Source of the DNA: Octopus vulgaris
Lineage: Eukaryota
Assembly: GCA_951406725.2 (NCBI GenBank)
Contig: OX597828.1
Coordinates: forward strand, 10,540,001 to 10,604,000
DNA: 64,000 bases
Reading direction: 5' to 3'
In this document: positions 14,460-28,889 of the stretch, one piece after another
Numbering within the stretch: position 1 is the first letter of the stretch
How the letters are laid out: each line of letters opens with the position of its first letter
Made by a program: the position numbers and the translations under genes
Notes under the pieces: model-generated
What the model was told of the DNA's origin: nothing
Seen by the model: only the letters and a program-made list of their open reading frames with translations
The model's database searches: none

Positions 14460-14650
14460 ACACATTTTTTCGCTCTCCATTTTACTTCATTCTCCCTTCC
14501 TTTTTTTCCCCTCTGAACCCGTTCTGTCGAAGAGCGTAGGCTCGAAACGTAAAAGACTTTTCCATTCGTCCCGAGCGTCAAAGTAATATATCAGCTTGCT
14601 GTTCCTACTCCTTTGTTCGTCTTTTGTTTTCTGTAAATTTGAACTACATA
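14460..14650 (+). mobile_element. PLE pLTR-like fragment with mutated hammerhead (14519-14556)
   Basis: CUGUCGA-A-GAGC-GUAG-GCUC-GAAAC-GUA-AAAGA. Same architecture as 22260-22296 but core A6 is changed to U. Confidence 0.6.
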
Positions 14651-14709
14651 CACACACACAAACACATGTAAATGTACATATATATATACATACATACATA
14701 CATATATAT

Positions 14710-14742
<33 letters not shown>

Positions 14743-14764
14743 TATATATTTATTTTATTCTTTT

Positions 14765-14895
14765 ATTCTTTTACTTGTTTCAGTCATTTGACTGCGGCCA
14801 TACTGGAGCACCGCCTTTAGTCTAGCAAATCGACCCTGGGACTTATTCTTTGTAAGCCCAGTACTTATTCTATCGGTCTCTTTTGCCGAACCGCT
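14765..14895 (-). mobile_element. SINE family 1, 3' fragment
   Basis: TTACTTGTTTCAGTCATTTGACTGCGGCCAT...GCCGAACCGCTA. Confidence 0.85.
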
Positions 14896-15068
14896 ATATT
14901 ATATTAAATTAGAAATAAAACCACTATTAGGCAAATCATACAATGAAAAACTTAAGCCAATACATAAGATTAATTAATTTATATTATTTAAATATATATC
15001 AAAATTATTAAAAAAGATTATATATATGTATGTATGTATATATATATATGCATATATATGTATATACA

Positions 15069-15099
<31 letters not shown>

Positions 15100-15102
15100 G
15101 TG

Positions 15103-15147
<45 letters not shown>

Positions 15148-17439
15148 TTGTATGTATGGATCAAAGCAGTTTGATACAAATTCGTTGGTACTCTTGAGTT
15201 TCATGCGTGATGCTAGTCAAATTCAAATTTAAAATGCCCGAGGACAGGCATCACGCTTGAAACTCAACAGTACAAATGAATTTGAAGCAAACTGAACTGA
15301 TTCATACACGTAATTCCCAATAAATAGGTTGAGTAACCTTCTTTTGTTTGTTCACACGTTTACATATATATGTGTGTGTGAGAGAAAGAGTGTGTGTGTG
15401 TGTATGTGTGTGTGTATACACACACACATACATACTTGCATACTTACATGCACATATCTGTGAGCATGTGTGTGTGATGTATATTTTATCTTGTACTCGT
15501 TTCCATTAGATTGCGCCCATGTAGTCGTTTAGATTGCACCCATGCTGGGGCATATCCTTGAAGAAATGTAGTCGAAAGAATCTACACCAGTACGTATGTT
15601 TTAATGCCTGTTATTCTATCTTTTTTTGCCAAGCGCATCACTTATGGTGACCTAAAAAAACCACCATGCTCAGCCAACTATCTCTATAAGTTTTCAATAG
15701 TATTTAGAAGTAGCACTGAAAGTTATGGTATTTCGTATACAAATAAGTCCATGTAAACAATGTGATCGTTGAGGAAATGGACATATATGCATATGTCAGG
15801 AGCTATTGCTCCTTCTTCAGCACCAGATCCATCCCATTAACCTCCCACGTATATATTGCTTAAATACCCACTGTTTAGCAGTGTGGCACTATCAGATTAA
15901 CCAATTTCCATGTGAAATACATTCCTGACAACTGGTACGTACATATTAATTTCTCGATGGGTAACCGTATTTCGTCTTGGAACCGTAATATACTACCACG
16001 TTTTTTGAGGGTTTATAAGTCAATAACACGAACCACCATTTTTGACGACACGTGTACAGGTAAAACAATATTGTAAAGTTAACCACACCTGTGCTGTTGT
16101 ACTGTCTCATTCTCCCGTCACTTCCTAGCACAAATGCATTTTGTGTGTATATGTATATACATATATATATATATATGTGTGTGTGTGTGTATGTGTGTGT
16201 ACTTATATAAATATATATACATACATATATATGTGTGTGCTTGTATGATTGCGTTTGTGTATGTGTAGATGGGATATATGTATATGTTTGTAGGCGCTTG
16301 CATGTAAGAGACTGCGTGTATGTGCACGCACATATACATGGAAGGATGCACTCACACACATACACATACCCTGTGAAATTTAAGTTAACCTTCTAGAATA
16401 TTGTTAAATTCATTTATATTAATTGTACCTCTACTTTCAACATCATTTTTAAGTAGAAAGTATTATATTATGGAATAAATCATATACATATGAGATGTAT
16501 TTCATATTAATTTATATAATATTGTATATTACCACACATTACCTCACAATAAACGTAAATATAAAGTTATATGTGTTATGAATAACTAACGTTGATTCTA
16601 CCACGCCATAAACATTTCGCATTCAGCATACGCTAAGCATTTCGCCTGGCTTACTAACGTTTCTGCCATCTCGCCGTCTTATGAACACAATACTGAACTA
16701 CACATGGATATATACTTCAATGAATAGAAATATTTATATACACGTCTATGTATATCTGAATCTATGGTGGTGGATAACCAAAATTATTAACTTATCGGGG
16801 AGTATTTCTTGTTGTTCTGTGTGTTGCATGTGTGGGTATATGTATCTGTATATGTATGTAGATATAGTGTGTGTGAGTGTATCTGTGTGTATGTTTGTGT
16901 GTGTATGTGTTTGTGTGTGTATGTGCATGCGGACTGTGTCCACATTAGTTAACTTTCAGTAACGAATTCCTGTTACAATTTAGAATGACAATATTTGAAA
17001 GACACTGATGGTGTTTTTAATTTGATCTTTTGCGAATTTCTTACGGCCCGTCACTTAATGAGATTATCTTTTAAATTGACTGGGAATGGCAAAACCTAAA
17101 CACTCATTCAGAAAATTGTATAGATGTCACAAAAAGCTCTTCTAACGGGTTCGGCTATCAGAACACAAATTGGTAAAATACAGTAAAGTGTAATGTAAAG
17201 TGCCCGTATAGCTGAGATCTAGATCTGCTCAGTGAAACTACTTTATGACGTATTATTACGTTTCCATGTTTCCACTAATATGCATGCATTATGTAATGGT
17301 ATATTCACAGATCAATGAAGATAAAGAAAGCTAGCTAATCAGATCGCAGTACATCATGCTTACACAAACGTGTCAACTTTATACATAAAAAATTTCTCTA
17401 TGTAGACAATGGTTTGGTCAGTAAAACTGTATAGACGCA

Positions 17440-17710
17440 GGACCAAATACTTCAACAGCCTGAGCTTCAAATGCACACATCTCTTCAATATCTTCGTCAA
17501 AACCTGGAACACCTACATAGGCTGGATATAGACGTCTTCAAAACGAAACTGGGTCTCCTATCAAGAGTTTCGGATGATTCTACCTCGCTGCAAGAAACGC
17601 AGATGAGGACAGCAATATCAAATTCCTCTGTTCAGCAAGTGCCACCTTCAGAAGAGGTTTACTGTCGCAAATCTAACGATGGATGGCCGCAACTCTCAAG
17701 CTGAAACTGG
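17440..17710 (+). mobile_element. CR1-clade LINE extreme 3' fragment
   Basis: TKYFNSLSFK..LFN..DVFKTKL..RTAISNS, then tail ATGGCCGCAACTCTCAAGCTGAAAC. Confidence 0.7.
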
Positions 17711-18028
17711 AAAAAAAGTTTCATATGAATTCAGCTGCTAGATAGAGGTTTAGGTATTTGAGCATCCTTCATTTTAGAAATAAACAGGGATGGATGAAAA
17801 GAATAAGCAAAATATTGAAAGATAATGTAAGAAAATAGATAGCTTAAAAAATATGAAATTATATATGTAGTAATTATTTCAGTGTATTGACCTTCATGTC
17901 ATAATAATTTACAGTAAAATTATTACCAGATGAGGAAGATTGCGAAACGGCTTTAATCGAAAAGATGCTAATTGTTTCAATAAATATATCCACTTCTCAT
18001 ACCTCCTGTCTTCTTAGGCTTTATGTGT

Positions 18029-18135
<107 letters not shown>

Positions 18136-18319
18136 TCTTCTGTATGTGGCATGACTAAACAGCCACATATAGAACCAGAAACATCAAAATGTCCATAAAT
18201 AAAAAATATAAACCTTTTCAAGTTAAAATAAACATAAAGCAATGTTTTATGGGGTGTTTATTTACTTATGTCATGCTTGTGAATATGTGTGTGTGTTGGA
18301 GTGAGTGCGTATGTGTGTG

Positions 18320-18950
18320 TATGTTTATCTGTGTATATCTTAAATTCTGTGACAATAATAACCTGGTGACACCTTATGAAATATTCAGAATATTTTCGCA
18401 ATGATCAACTAAACATTTCATTGATACGTGATACTCGAATGATATACAACTTTATGATAACTTTAAAATCATTGAGTCCTTAATAGCGATTCGAAATCAT
18501 CGTTTTTTTTTTGCATAGAATTTTAATAAAACACGCCAACGTACTTTAACATAGTCATTTGCACCATTTCAAAATGACACGTGCTTAAACTTTAGTTTAC
18601 TGAGACATAGAAATGAGTTACCTTGGATATACGAGCGGCTAATAATCTACGTTTTCCTCAATATATAAGAGACATTTTAATTGCGAAGTAATGATGATGC
18701 GCATACTTAATTTAAATGTTATACAACGATAGCCTTGAAATGCCTCCGTCAATTTGAAGAAATTTATAATCCTATCCAAAATTCTACATATTTTAACTAA
18801 CCCAGGATAAATATTATACTCCTTGTAAATTACAATAAAGTATTTGAGGTTGTTTAGAATTCATATAGAAATGAGATGAAATAGCTTTCAAAATTTATAA
18901 GTATTTGATTAAGGAAATTTGTTTTCATGTACAAGCAAATTGTAAATTTC
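18320..18950 (+). pseudogene. Decayed Cys-loop receptor fragment (extracellular domain)
   Basis: YLKFCDNNNL (~LxWxDxxL), NDIQLYDN (~PDIxLYN), PFQNDTCLNF at 18564 (~PFDxQxCxLxF). Confidence 0.35.
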
Positions 18951-19002
18951 ATTGGAACAAAAATTCGGATATATATATATGTATATATAAAAAGAAAATA
19001 TG

Positions 19003-19075
<73 letters not shown>

Positions 19076-19154
19076 TTTTTTTTAGTAAGTAAACACAGTT
19101 TGGAGTAGGGTGGAAGAAAATCTTATAGCAGTATTATCATTATTATAGAAAATA

Positions 19155-20380
19155 TGTAATTACATTTGGACAGAAATAGATGATATTAACTAGACATCAG
19201 ACCGAACAAAATCCAATCATGACTATGTTTTCAATAAATGCCACTAAAGTATTCTTTCCTGATTCATTCAATTATATGAGCACTACTTTCTGACAAACGT
19301 TATTAATATTTGCATGAAAGCCGAATTTTGTGGCAGTGCTAGTCTTTAAATTCTCCTACAAAAATCTTGCTGATTGTCCTACTATATTATTAGACATAAA
19401 AGAAATAATGAACTGATGGCAAAATTGTAAATTAATTGATCGAATCACCAGTCATTTTATAATTGTATTACGATATAGCGTAATGATTATTATTGACTGG
19501 ATTATTTCAGTCTTTAGCCGAACAGAATTCTATATGACGGAAAGACCAGTTGATTTTTGCTACAACACCTCCTTTTATTTTATGAAGAGGAAATCTGAAA
19601 TTGTCAACAACATTATCAGAACTTACGTATATCGATATCATTAAATCAATACATAAAGAAATTAGCTAATTTACAATGTAAAATTTCAGCAAATCTTAAT
19701 GAACCCTTGAGAGATTTTATCGAATGTTCGAGTTTCATTATCACTGATTATCCCTTATTTTAAAACCAAAATTCATGTATGAACAAATCAGTTCCATTTA
19801 GCATCTATTTTGTCGTTCATTATAAACGCCATCATCCCCTTCTATTTCACAAAAACAGGGTAAGAGACCAATAAAGTAGTTTGCTTTATTAACATGAAGA
19901 AATTTACCGGAGGCAAGTGATATTCCGACAGAATTTGTATTAACCAATTTGCCATAAAGAAATAGCCGGAAGACTTAAGAGTTAGATTGCCAGTCGATAA
20001 TAAAGTTTTATGCTAACACACTAATGTTTCAAGCAATAACTTGAAACAAGTGCTATCGGGAAACAGAGCCAATTGCAATGCGTTCAAGATGACTTCAGGG
20101 TTGAAAATTGTTCTGGCACAGATTTGAGTGTAGGAGTAAGACATGCTGTATCAGCCAAAATACTTATTTTTCAGACGTCTAACAATGCTATTTGAGTCCC
20201 GATATTACCTCCCACACCGTCGTCCATAAATAGTTCTTACACAATGAATCTGTTGATGTTTGTTGGCTCTAAAGTATTTCACACAGTTTACGTTCCAACT
20301 GATCAATTCCCCAATGCCAAAAGCCCACTGGCCGAATAAACTGTTAGTCCTAAACTATTTTGGTTATCCATACACACCTA
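19155..20380 (-). pseudogene. Decayed Cys-loop/nAChR-like receptor gene, near full span
   Basis: In order: IFNPEVILNAL (~20075-20110), LLSTGNLTLKSSGYF, AKWN, VLIMLLTISDFL..QKSTGLSVI (M1/M2), LVAFIENIVMIGFCSV*CLVNIIYF (M4, ~19170-19250). Confidence 0.5.
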
Positions 20381-20879
20381 CTATTTTTTTTTAATGATAT
20401 TTAAATTTTTAAACCCTTTTAATTGTTTTATAGCAAACTGATTAAATTTGCACATCTACAAGAATGAAGACGGAGTTAACCTCAGCCACACCTTTATAAA
20501 CAAGTGTAAATTCTTTTTACGTGTTCATATCTGAGTAATTTATGTTCATCTTGTTCTATTTCTGTAAAATGTGACACGGTTTTAATTTGCTGCATGAAAT
20601 ACTTACATGCGAAGGTTAGACGAATTCTTTTTTTTTACTAAAATTATTGCAGTATGTTTGTTTGTGCGTGTGTCTATGTATATGCGCATATGCTTGTAGG
20701 CATGTGTGTGTTTACATCGATACATTTCATACGCGCATTTATGAAATATAAAATATTTCATTTTATTGGAATGTTTTCAGAACATTTACTTTCTATTGCT
20801 TTGTTACATTTCTACGTACCAAGACTTTCAATTGCTGCTTAACACCGCTCCTCGTTATACATGTTCGGGTTAATATACA

Positions 20880-21020
20880 TGCAAATTCCTCCGAGGTCGG
20901 CTTTACCTTTTATCCTATTGGGTTCGATAAATTAGTACCAGTTAGATACTGGGGTCGATCTAATCAACTGGACCCCTCCCCAAAAATTTCGAGCCTTGTG
21001 CCCAGAGTAGAAAAGAATAC
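20880..21020 (+). mobile_element. SINE family 3 fragment
   Basis: CAAATTCCTCCGAGGTCGGCTTTACCTTTTATCC...ACTGGGGTCGAT. Confidence 0.75.
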
Positions 21021-21744
21021 ACATGAGCTCAGTATAGTCTCGAATACACAATTTATATTATATACAAATCTTCAACATTTCTACATTACGAAGAGTATTT
21101 ATTATTTTTCAGTCGATGTAGTAAATATTTAATTCGAACGTTGTTATTCGTATGAAATTTTTAGTTAGACAGAAATGAAACTGATGGTTTTTGACACAAA
21201 AATATAGTGTAGCCACAATTAATTAGGAGAACAAAAAAGATACCTTGAAGTAATAGGTTAACCAAGAAGTAGAAGTTTTATTTCAACGATTACTATCTGA
21301 AACATCAAGCTCTACTATAGGGTTTATTGATGCATACGCACATAACAACACACCTAAAAACATAACAACACACCTAAAATCACACATACACACATATATA
21401 CATGCATGAGGAATCCCATGAACAAAACAAATTACTACTTAATATTATCGTTAATAATGTTCTCATTATTCAGAGGTAATATTCCTCTACTCTTAGACGT
21501 TGGTTTTCTGTTAGAACAAACTACACTCTGGTAGTTATCATGAGAGAAACTCCCATATTATCTTTTGATGTAAAATGAACACTTTTTATATCAGTAGCGA
21601 GGAGATAAATCTCAGCTACCTTCAGATCACGCCTCACCAAGTCGAGAGATGCCCTCCTTTTACTGTCTCCGTAATTAGACAGACCCCGGAATCACGTGGT
21701 GGAGAAGCAAACACTATACAACACCGTCATACATTCATCCTGCA

Positions 21745-21792
<48 letters not shown>

Positions 21793-22118
21793 TACACATA
21801 CACACACATACATCTCGTATTTGATGGCCTATATGACCCAAAAATAACTATAAAAATCTCCAATACACTCAACCTAGGCTCAAAATGGTATGTTTACAAA
21901 ATATGTGCTGTCATCTATTGGTGAACAATCGCCTACGGTATGTTTATATCAAATGTGGATGCAATAAATTGCTTATAATTACTGGTAATAACATAAAGTT
22001 ACACAGGTAAGTGAAGTCATTAAAACATTATTTTAGTGGTAATTAATTTTACAAAAGAATAGCCAGGGCTAGGGTGCGTCCTATGCACTCTTGCGTCGTT
22101 TAGGCCATCAAATACGGG

Positions 22119-22194
<76 letters not shown>

Positions 22195-22196
<2 letters not shown>

Positions 22197-22400
22197 GCTT
22201 GTGTACCGTTGGTGATTTTTTTCCTCCGTCTTCCCTTCTTTGGATTTTTCCTTTTCCTATGCTTCTGACGAAGAGCTCCGCTCGAAACGTTAAACTCTCC
22301 TTCTTTCCTTCTTTCCTGAGCATCCAATAATACTATACTTGTTCCACGTCCTCGCGTTGTTGTGTTTTCTTTTTGTGTTTTCATGTTTCAATTAACTATA
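22195..22400 (+). mobile_element. PLE pLTR-like fragment between (TA)n tracts, with hammerhead-like core (22260-22296)
   Basis: CUGACGA-A-GAGC-UCC-GCUC-GAAAC-GUUA; stem I is weak. Its 3' part resembles 14580-14650 and 34965-35030. Confidence 0.65.
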
Positions 22401-22421
22401 TATATATATATATATATATAT

Positions 22422-22741
22422 TCGACTTCGGTTATTCTACAAAGAATATATCAATAACATCCAACGAGGTCTATACAAAAATGCTGCTATAAAAAATGAT
22501 AGACCTTGTGCGGCGCATGAGGTGGAACGCGTATTTCTATGATGAGGGCACGCCAACCTCTGAAGCCAAAACGTGCGGGATCAGGTTTAGCAGGTTCACA
22601 CCCAGGATGAAAGAGATCAAAAGCTTCGAAGCGAACCTACAGGACATCATTTCCTGGCTAAGATCCTGAGAGTCCTCTTCCCCTTTTGTACAGACATACA
22701 TCAACTAAAAATTTCCGACAGTTCCTTGCACATATATACAG

Positions 22742-22804
<63 letters not shown>

Positions 22805-24545
22805 ATAGAGACACACACGATATCCTTTTAGACATTTGCATTAAACAGAAATATAGGTGCACTTCCACGAACACACACGACTTTAACAGTGAAGTCAAAA
22901 AATGGCATTTAGCCTAGGAATAGCAAATATAGTAGAAATTCTAACCAAGAGAAATGCATTCATCATGATCAAAGAACACAAGCCGAACTTTGCTTCTAAC
23001 GCCAAATACTGCTTAATCAAACCCGCCATTCTGAGATTGGCCAGGCGAGCAAAATACACTTGGGAATATCAACGACACCATACGGAGGACTGCCGAACTC
23101 TCACTATGGCGCATCACCAAAGAGGTGACCTCATGGCTTAATGCCAGCCGGAGAGGACTAGAACAAGGTTCACACAATTCGACATAGTCGACTTTTATCT
23201 GTCCACATCGAACGGTTTGCTGATCAAGGCACTTTCTTTCACTAAGGGCTTGGCGGACATTAGCGAGAGAGATATAAACATTGTCCAGCATGCCAGAACA
23301 ATGCTGTTCAATAAAGATTCGATATGTGTCAAACAAACAAACCCCGAGCGTGACCCCTCTTTGATGCGACGATGGGAACCTACGACACGCCGATGCATGT
23401 AAACTCATTGAAACGGGGTGAGCTGGCAGAATCGTTAGCACGCCGGGCGAAATGCTTAGCTGTATTTCGTCTGCCGCTACGTTCTGAGTTCAAATTCCAC
23501 TGAGGTCGACTTTGCCTCTCATCCTTTTGGGGTCGATTAAATAAGCACCAGTTACGCACTGGGGTCGATATAGTCAAATTAATCCGTTTATCTGTCCTTG
23601 TTTGACCCTTCTGTGTTTAGCCCCTTGTGGGTAGTAAAGAAATAGGTATACGTTCTGAGTTCAAATTCTCCCGAGGTCGACTTTGCCTTTCGTCCTTCCG
23701 GGGTCGATAAATTTCGTACCATTTGCCTACTGGGGTCGACTGGCGCCCTTCCCAACAATTTGGGGCCTTGTGCCCTGAGTAGGAAAGTGTGTAAACTCAT
23801 TGGACTATATATTCTAGATATCTTAGGGAAGAAATTCTCTTCAGTCCTCAACAGTAACCGGAGAGATGATGCACTTACCATTTCTAGAGGAGCCAACGGG
23901 CACATACTTGATAGGCTGCAAAAGGACCTGATTAGCGCCCCATGCTCTATGGGATAGAAAATTACTATCGAGATGAACTTCGCCACCGGAGACTTCCTAG
24001 ATGTCAATCTAGACTTGGGCTCTGGTACACACAGGCCTTATAACAAGCCAAGCGAGAGACTAACCTACATCTATACAGCCTCTTGCCAACACCCTCTTTT
24101 GTGAAGGGTTTCAGCGAGAGGATCTCTAATCTATAGGCAAGTCAATAAATTTTCAGCGCCGCTGCCCTCTGCTGTAACGTGGCACTGGCTTCCAGTGGGT
24201 TTAAGGACCGTATCTGATACATGCCAAACCATAGCATCCACAAAAGAAAGCGCCACCGGAACGTATTTTGGTTTGCCCCACCTTTCTCAATCAGAGTCAA
24301 TATTTGTGTTGGAAGAATATTCCTCAGGTGGGTAGACAAACACTTGACACAGACACACAGGTATGGACGATTGTTCAATAGGCACAACCTAAGGTTCTTT
24401 TTTAGCTGTGTACCCAAAATGAAAATTATATTAGCTAACATCCATAAAACTTTGGAGGAGGCTGGTTGCTCTTGTAGAATGCACAATGACTGTCCTGTGG
24501 GAGGCCGAAGCATGCCGAGGGAATCATCTATGAGGCTGATGTGAT
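22422..24545 (+). mobile_element. Degraded Penelope-like retroelement, Naiad-type RT, interrupted by a SINE
   Basis: FGYSTKNI..RRMRWNAYF, AFIMIKEHKPNF..LIKPA, QFDIVDFY, FDATMGTYD, GLYIL..RRDDAL, DFLDVNLDL, RNVFWFAPPFS, CSCR..CPVGG. Multiple stops and frameshifts. Confidence 0.88.
23411..23789 (+). mobile_element. SINE family 3 inserted in the Naiad RT, 13-bp TSD
   Basis: TGTAAACTCATTG at 23398-23410 and 23790-23802; the RT reading resumes after the second copy. Confidence 0.92.
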
Positions 24546-25147
24546 ATTCAGACTTAGCTACCTTAGTAATAGCAGCAATGGGTCATCTAACAACATTGAT
24601 GGAATCGGTAGCAGCGGTAGAAAAACCAGCACTAATAGACCAACAATATCATAACGTCCGCATAGACATCATGTGTGCATGCGGGCCTGAGTATGTGTAT
24701 GCATTATAATTGTATATTTAGTTGTATACGCAAACACACTCAGGTGTATACGCATATATGTGTTTAGGCATGTGTGTGTGTGTGTGTGTGCACGTTTGCA
24801 TATATCGGTGTATATGTATATGTATGTGTCTAATTGTACAATGTATGAGCATATGCATCATATACTGGCTAGGTGATTCGTCTTCAACCCAAGAGAGAAC
24901 ATGATGCTGACAAGCCATAAAAATGCCAACACATCATACCCAACTATTATTGAGGGTGAGTTACCTCGCCTGTCCATGACTAAGATATTTTAACACCGGT
25001 GCAAAGAGAGTTTATATACTCTGCTCTCCCATTGCAGACACCGGAGAATACACAAAGCGTATACATTAATATATGTATGTAATAATATTTATTACACTAG
25101 TGCTTATTTTACTTCAAATGTAAATGTGAATCTATATACAGGCATAC

Positions 25148-25191
<44 letters not shown>

Positions 25192-25198
<7 letters not shown>

Positions 25199-25519
25199 GG
25201 GAATAAATCCAAATTTACAGGGAAAAAATCAGATTTAGGATTAAATCCAATTTTATAGTAAAATATTATATAATATTATTAGAGACAAAACCACTATTTT
25301 GCAAAACAAACAAGGAAAGACTTAATCAATACGTAAAATTTTAATAAAAAGTCAAAAAAACCGCCACTACAATTGTTTCTTGTCTTGATCGACAATCTTC
25401 AGGTGGACTTCCAATAAGTCAGTTTCAAATTATGAAGTCTTTTTTTGACTTTTTATTAAAATTTTATGTATTGATTAAGTCTTTCCTTGTTTGTTTTGCA
25501 AAATAGTGGTTTTGTCTCT

Positions 25520-25527
<8 letters not shown>
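25192..25527 (-). mobile_element. Non-autonomous PLE-type element in (TA)n, with 88-bp inverted duplication
   Basis: Arms 25273-25360 and 25440-25527 (1 mismatch) enclose a hammerhead. A related end lies at ~14900-15020. Confidence 0.8.
25364..25406 (-). ncRNA. Type I minimal hammerhead ribozyme
   Basis: CCAC-CUGAAGA-UUGUC-GAUCAA-GACAA-GAAAC-AAUU-GUA-GUGG. All three stems pair, the core is intact and stem III is palindromic (ACAAUUGU). Predicted cleavage between 25368 and 25367. Confidence 0.88.
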
Positions 25528-25576
<49 letters not shown>

Positions 25577-25819
25577 TGTATATATATATGCATGGCCGCA
25601 GCTCTAAGCTGAAACTAGAGAGAAATATATATATATATATATATACACATACATATACATAGGGTGTATATAAATATATATGTATATATAGACATGTCAG
25701 TGTGCGTTTTATATGTATGGATATATGTATCTACGTATATATGTGTGTGAGTGTGTGTGCATCGATGTATGTATGAATATGCGTGCGGGTGTGTATATGT
25801 ACTTATAACTGTAAGTGTT

Positions 25820-26383
<564 letters not shown>

Positions 26384-26406
26384 ATGTATGTATGAATGTA
26401 TGTATG

Positions 26407-26508
<102 letters not shown>

Positions 26509-26786
26509 GGTATGTATATATTATGTGCATATATTTCTATATATATATTTATGTATGTATATATATATATATAAATTCACACACATTTCAACATTCCTAC
26601 ATAAATACATGTGTATCTACGCATGGATATGAAAATAAAAGTACAGTGTGACAAAACGTATTAAAGCTTTACAAACGCTGCCAGAGAAAAATACAGATTA
26701 TATTTTTAGTTTTGTTTCATAGTTAATACTGCTTAAGTCGTTTCCTTCTTAACTCTTCATACTTTCGTACGTAAAGTAAAAAAAAA

Positions 26787-26830
<44 letters not shown>

Positions 26831-26914
26831 AATCATACACGGAAGATGAACTCAGAAGAATAAACTTCCCCAATATTCTGTCTCTGAAGACTGAATACAG
26901 GTGAAATAAACATT

Positions 26915-27145
26915 AAGGACATCATTCATCCTTTACCATGCTTTATAGTCCATCATAGCATTACGGAGGTCCTGTTGCTAGATGCCTGTATCCCTGGAGA
27001 TTACATCAGAGTAGGATAGTGTGCGCCCTCTAGTATTGCGAGTAGATGGCTTTCAGAGGAGAAGAGTAGAAATTGCCTCGTTTTCAGCTCTACAACAATT
27101 TCCAGCAAACTGGACTCTCCTACCTTTCACAAGGACACTTATCTC
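26915..27145 (-). mobile_element. RTE-X-like LINE C-terminal fragment
   Basis: RRVQFAGNCCRAENEAISTLLL*KP..TLSYSDVISRDTG..DLRNAMMD..W. Confidence 0.65.
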
Positions 27146-28889
27146 TTCTCTGAAACTATAGGAGCTACTGAGAGGTTTTGCATGCTCTTTTAAATCTATT
27201 ACAATGCTGGAAACACTTCGGTATCGCCAGCAAGTGTCTCAGGGTCACAAGCATTTTCCTCATTGGCCTGTACATTTAACCCGAGTGGGATAACGAGGAC
27301 TGAACTGGTCTTTGCTTAGGGAAGTGTTCCACTTGCAGTCTCTTATCAACCATAGCCATCTTAAACTAGTTTCAATGTGCCGTTCCTCTCTTCTTGAGGC
27401 CTTCTCCCTTTATCTGGGTTGATACCTACTATCATCTGGAAATAGAACACCGATTGAGATAGAAAGCCTCGGGAGTCAGTTTCGATGGAGAATGAAGCTA
27501 CCTAAAAACCCTTGACAAGGCCCTTGTCGACTAAGTTATGATATTTTGATTTCTTTACCAAGTGGGAATTATCGTGCATGTCCTTCCAGACTACTGTGTG
27601 TTCAACCAAAATGAATGTTTATGTTTTCCTGGACAGCAGGAACATGTCTGATATACTTCCATCTCTCAGGCAGAGGCTGAAAGCGAAATAGAAAATGGGT
27701 CCCCTTCTAATGCTTTCGTCTTGGGATCATTGTCACATTCCTTTAGAGATTTCCTACTCTTTAGTAGTGGTGACTGGTATTTATTAGCCTTCCCACTTTG
27801 CAGGTCAGTCGACGCGGCAATGTCTGCGAGAGCCTCGTCACATCTCCACTTGTATGGACCTTCTTCTAGAACGCAAGTTCATCTGATCAAAATGAGGTTA
27901 AGAATGTAAAGAGTTGAACCAGGGGAAGGGTATTTTCCTTTATCCCATGTTTTAAGGTTGTTTGGTATTGGTAAGAAGTCACATTGAATTTATTGATACT
28001 GGTGGGCAAAGCTTATTACCTTCACCTGGCTATTCTCCTCAGTTGAATCACGTATCATTTGCACTGTAAGCTCGCTCTCTCTCTCTCTCTTGCCTCTGGT
28101 ATTGAGGTCTTTCCACCTCTAGTTGCTATGATTGCCAATTTCAAGCCATCCTTGACAGACTACTCCAACAATCTTCATGGTGTTTCCAGTATGTCTCTGC
28201 TTCCTTCACAACTTCCTGGGGTTTCTATTTTCTACAACACGTTTGGTATTGTGGTTATTTTCACTTTATCACATTATGATAGAAGCTATGTGGTTATTCC
28301 TCTTGCCTTCATGTCGTTCAATTCCTCCACCTGGTCGGCAGGGTTTTGAGGTCTTGCTGTACAAATTGACTGAGCTGAAATTTAGGGGAACGACCGACCA
28401 ACTTCACACGAACGTACTGTGCAACCTTTACACTGCATCTATCCCAGTCATAGGAAATTCATATAGCAAAACTAAACACTGAATTTTGAAAGTACTATAT
28501 AATGAACCTACCAAGTAACTGGTTTTTATCAACTGCCATTAGCCAGTTGCCTAATTGGATATGTCCTCAATATTGCTAGTATCCTTAGGAATATGACTGC
28601 AAGTTTTCGCAAGGCAACAGACCTTGGACTGTCGGAATCCTAGAACCCTGAATGTTGAAGGTGTCATGTGTTAGTTTCCTTTAAGGACATTCAGACTCTG
28701 AGATTTTGCTGGGTCAGACTTCAAGCGTGACCATGCGACCATCTTTTCCAACGAGTTGAATGTCCGCCGTTTCGCTTTCATTCATTGTGTCATAATCGTT
28801 ATGTCGTTCACGAACCCCTTGCAAACCGGACTTCTTGTGTTTTGGGGGTCTCTTGAATGCTTCACTATTTGCCTCTGGCACTAGGCTCA

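Noticed and set aside
13850-17430. Further possible receptor relics (~14100-14400, ~16950-17430; also ~4950-5270 and ~36400-36750)
   Set aside because: Only one or two loose motifs each; below my threshold without an HMM.
17925-17950. CAGAUGAG..CGAAAC motif; similar partial cores at ~8285, ~38456 and ~5893
   Set aside because: Core mutated or stems do not pair.
21341-21380. 20-bp tandem duplication CATAACAACACACCTAAAA
   Set aside because: Ordinary slippage duplication.
26878-26920. CUGAAGA..GAAA hammerhead-like motif
   Set aside because: Stem II is out of register and stem I is weak; compatible with chance or extreme decay.
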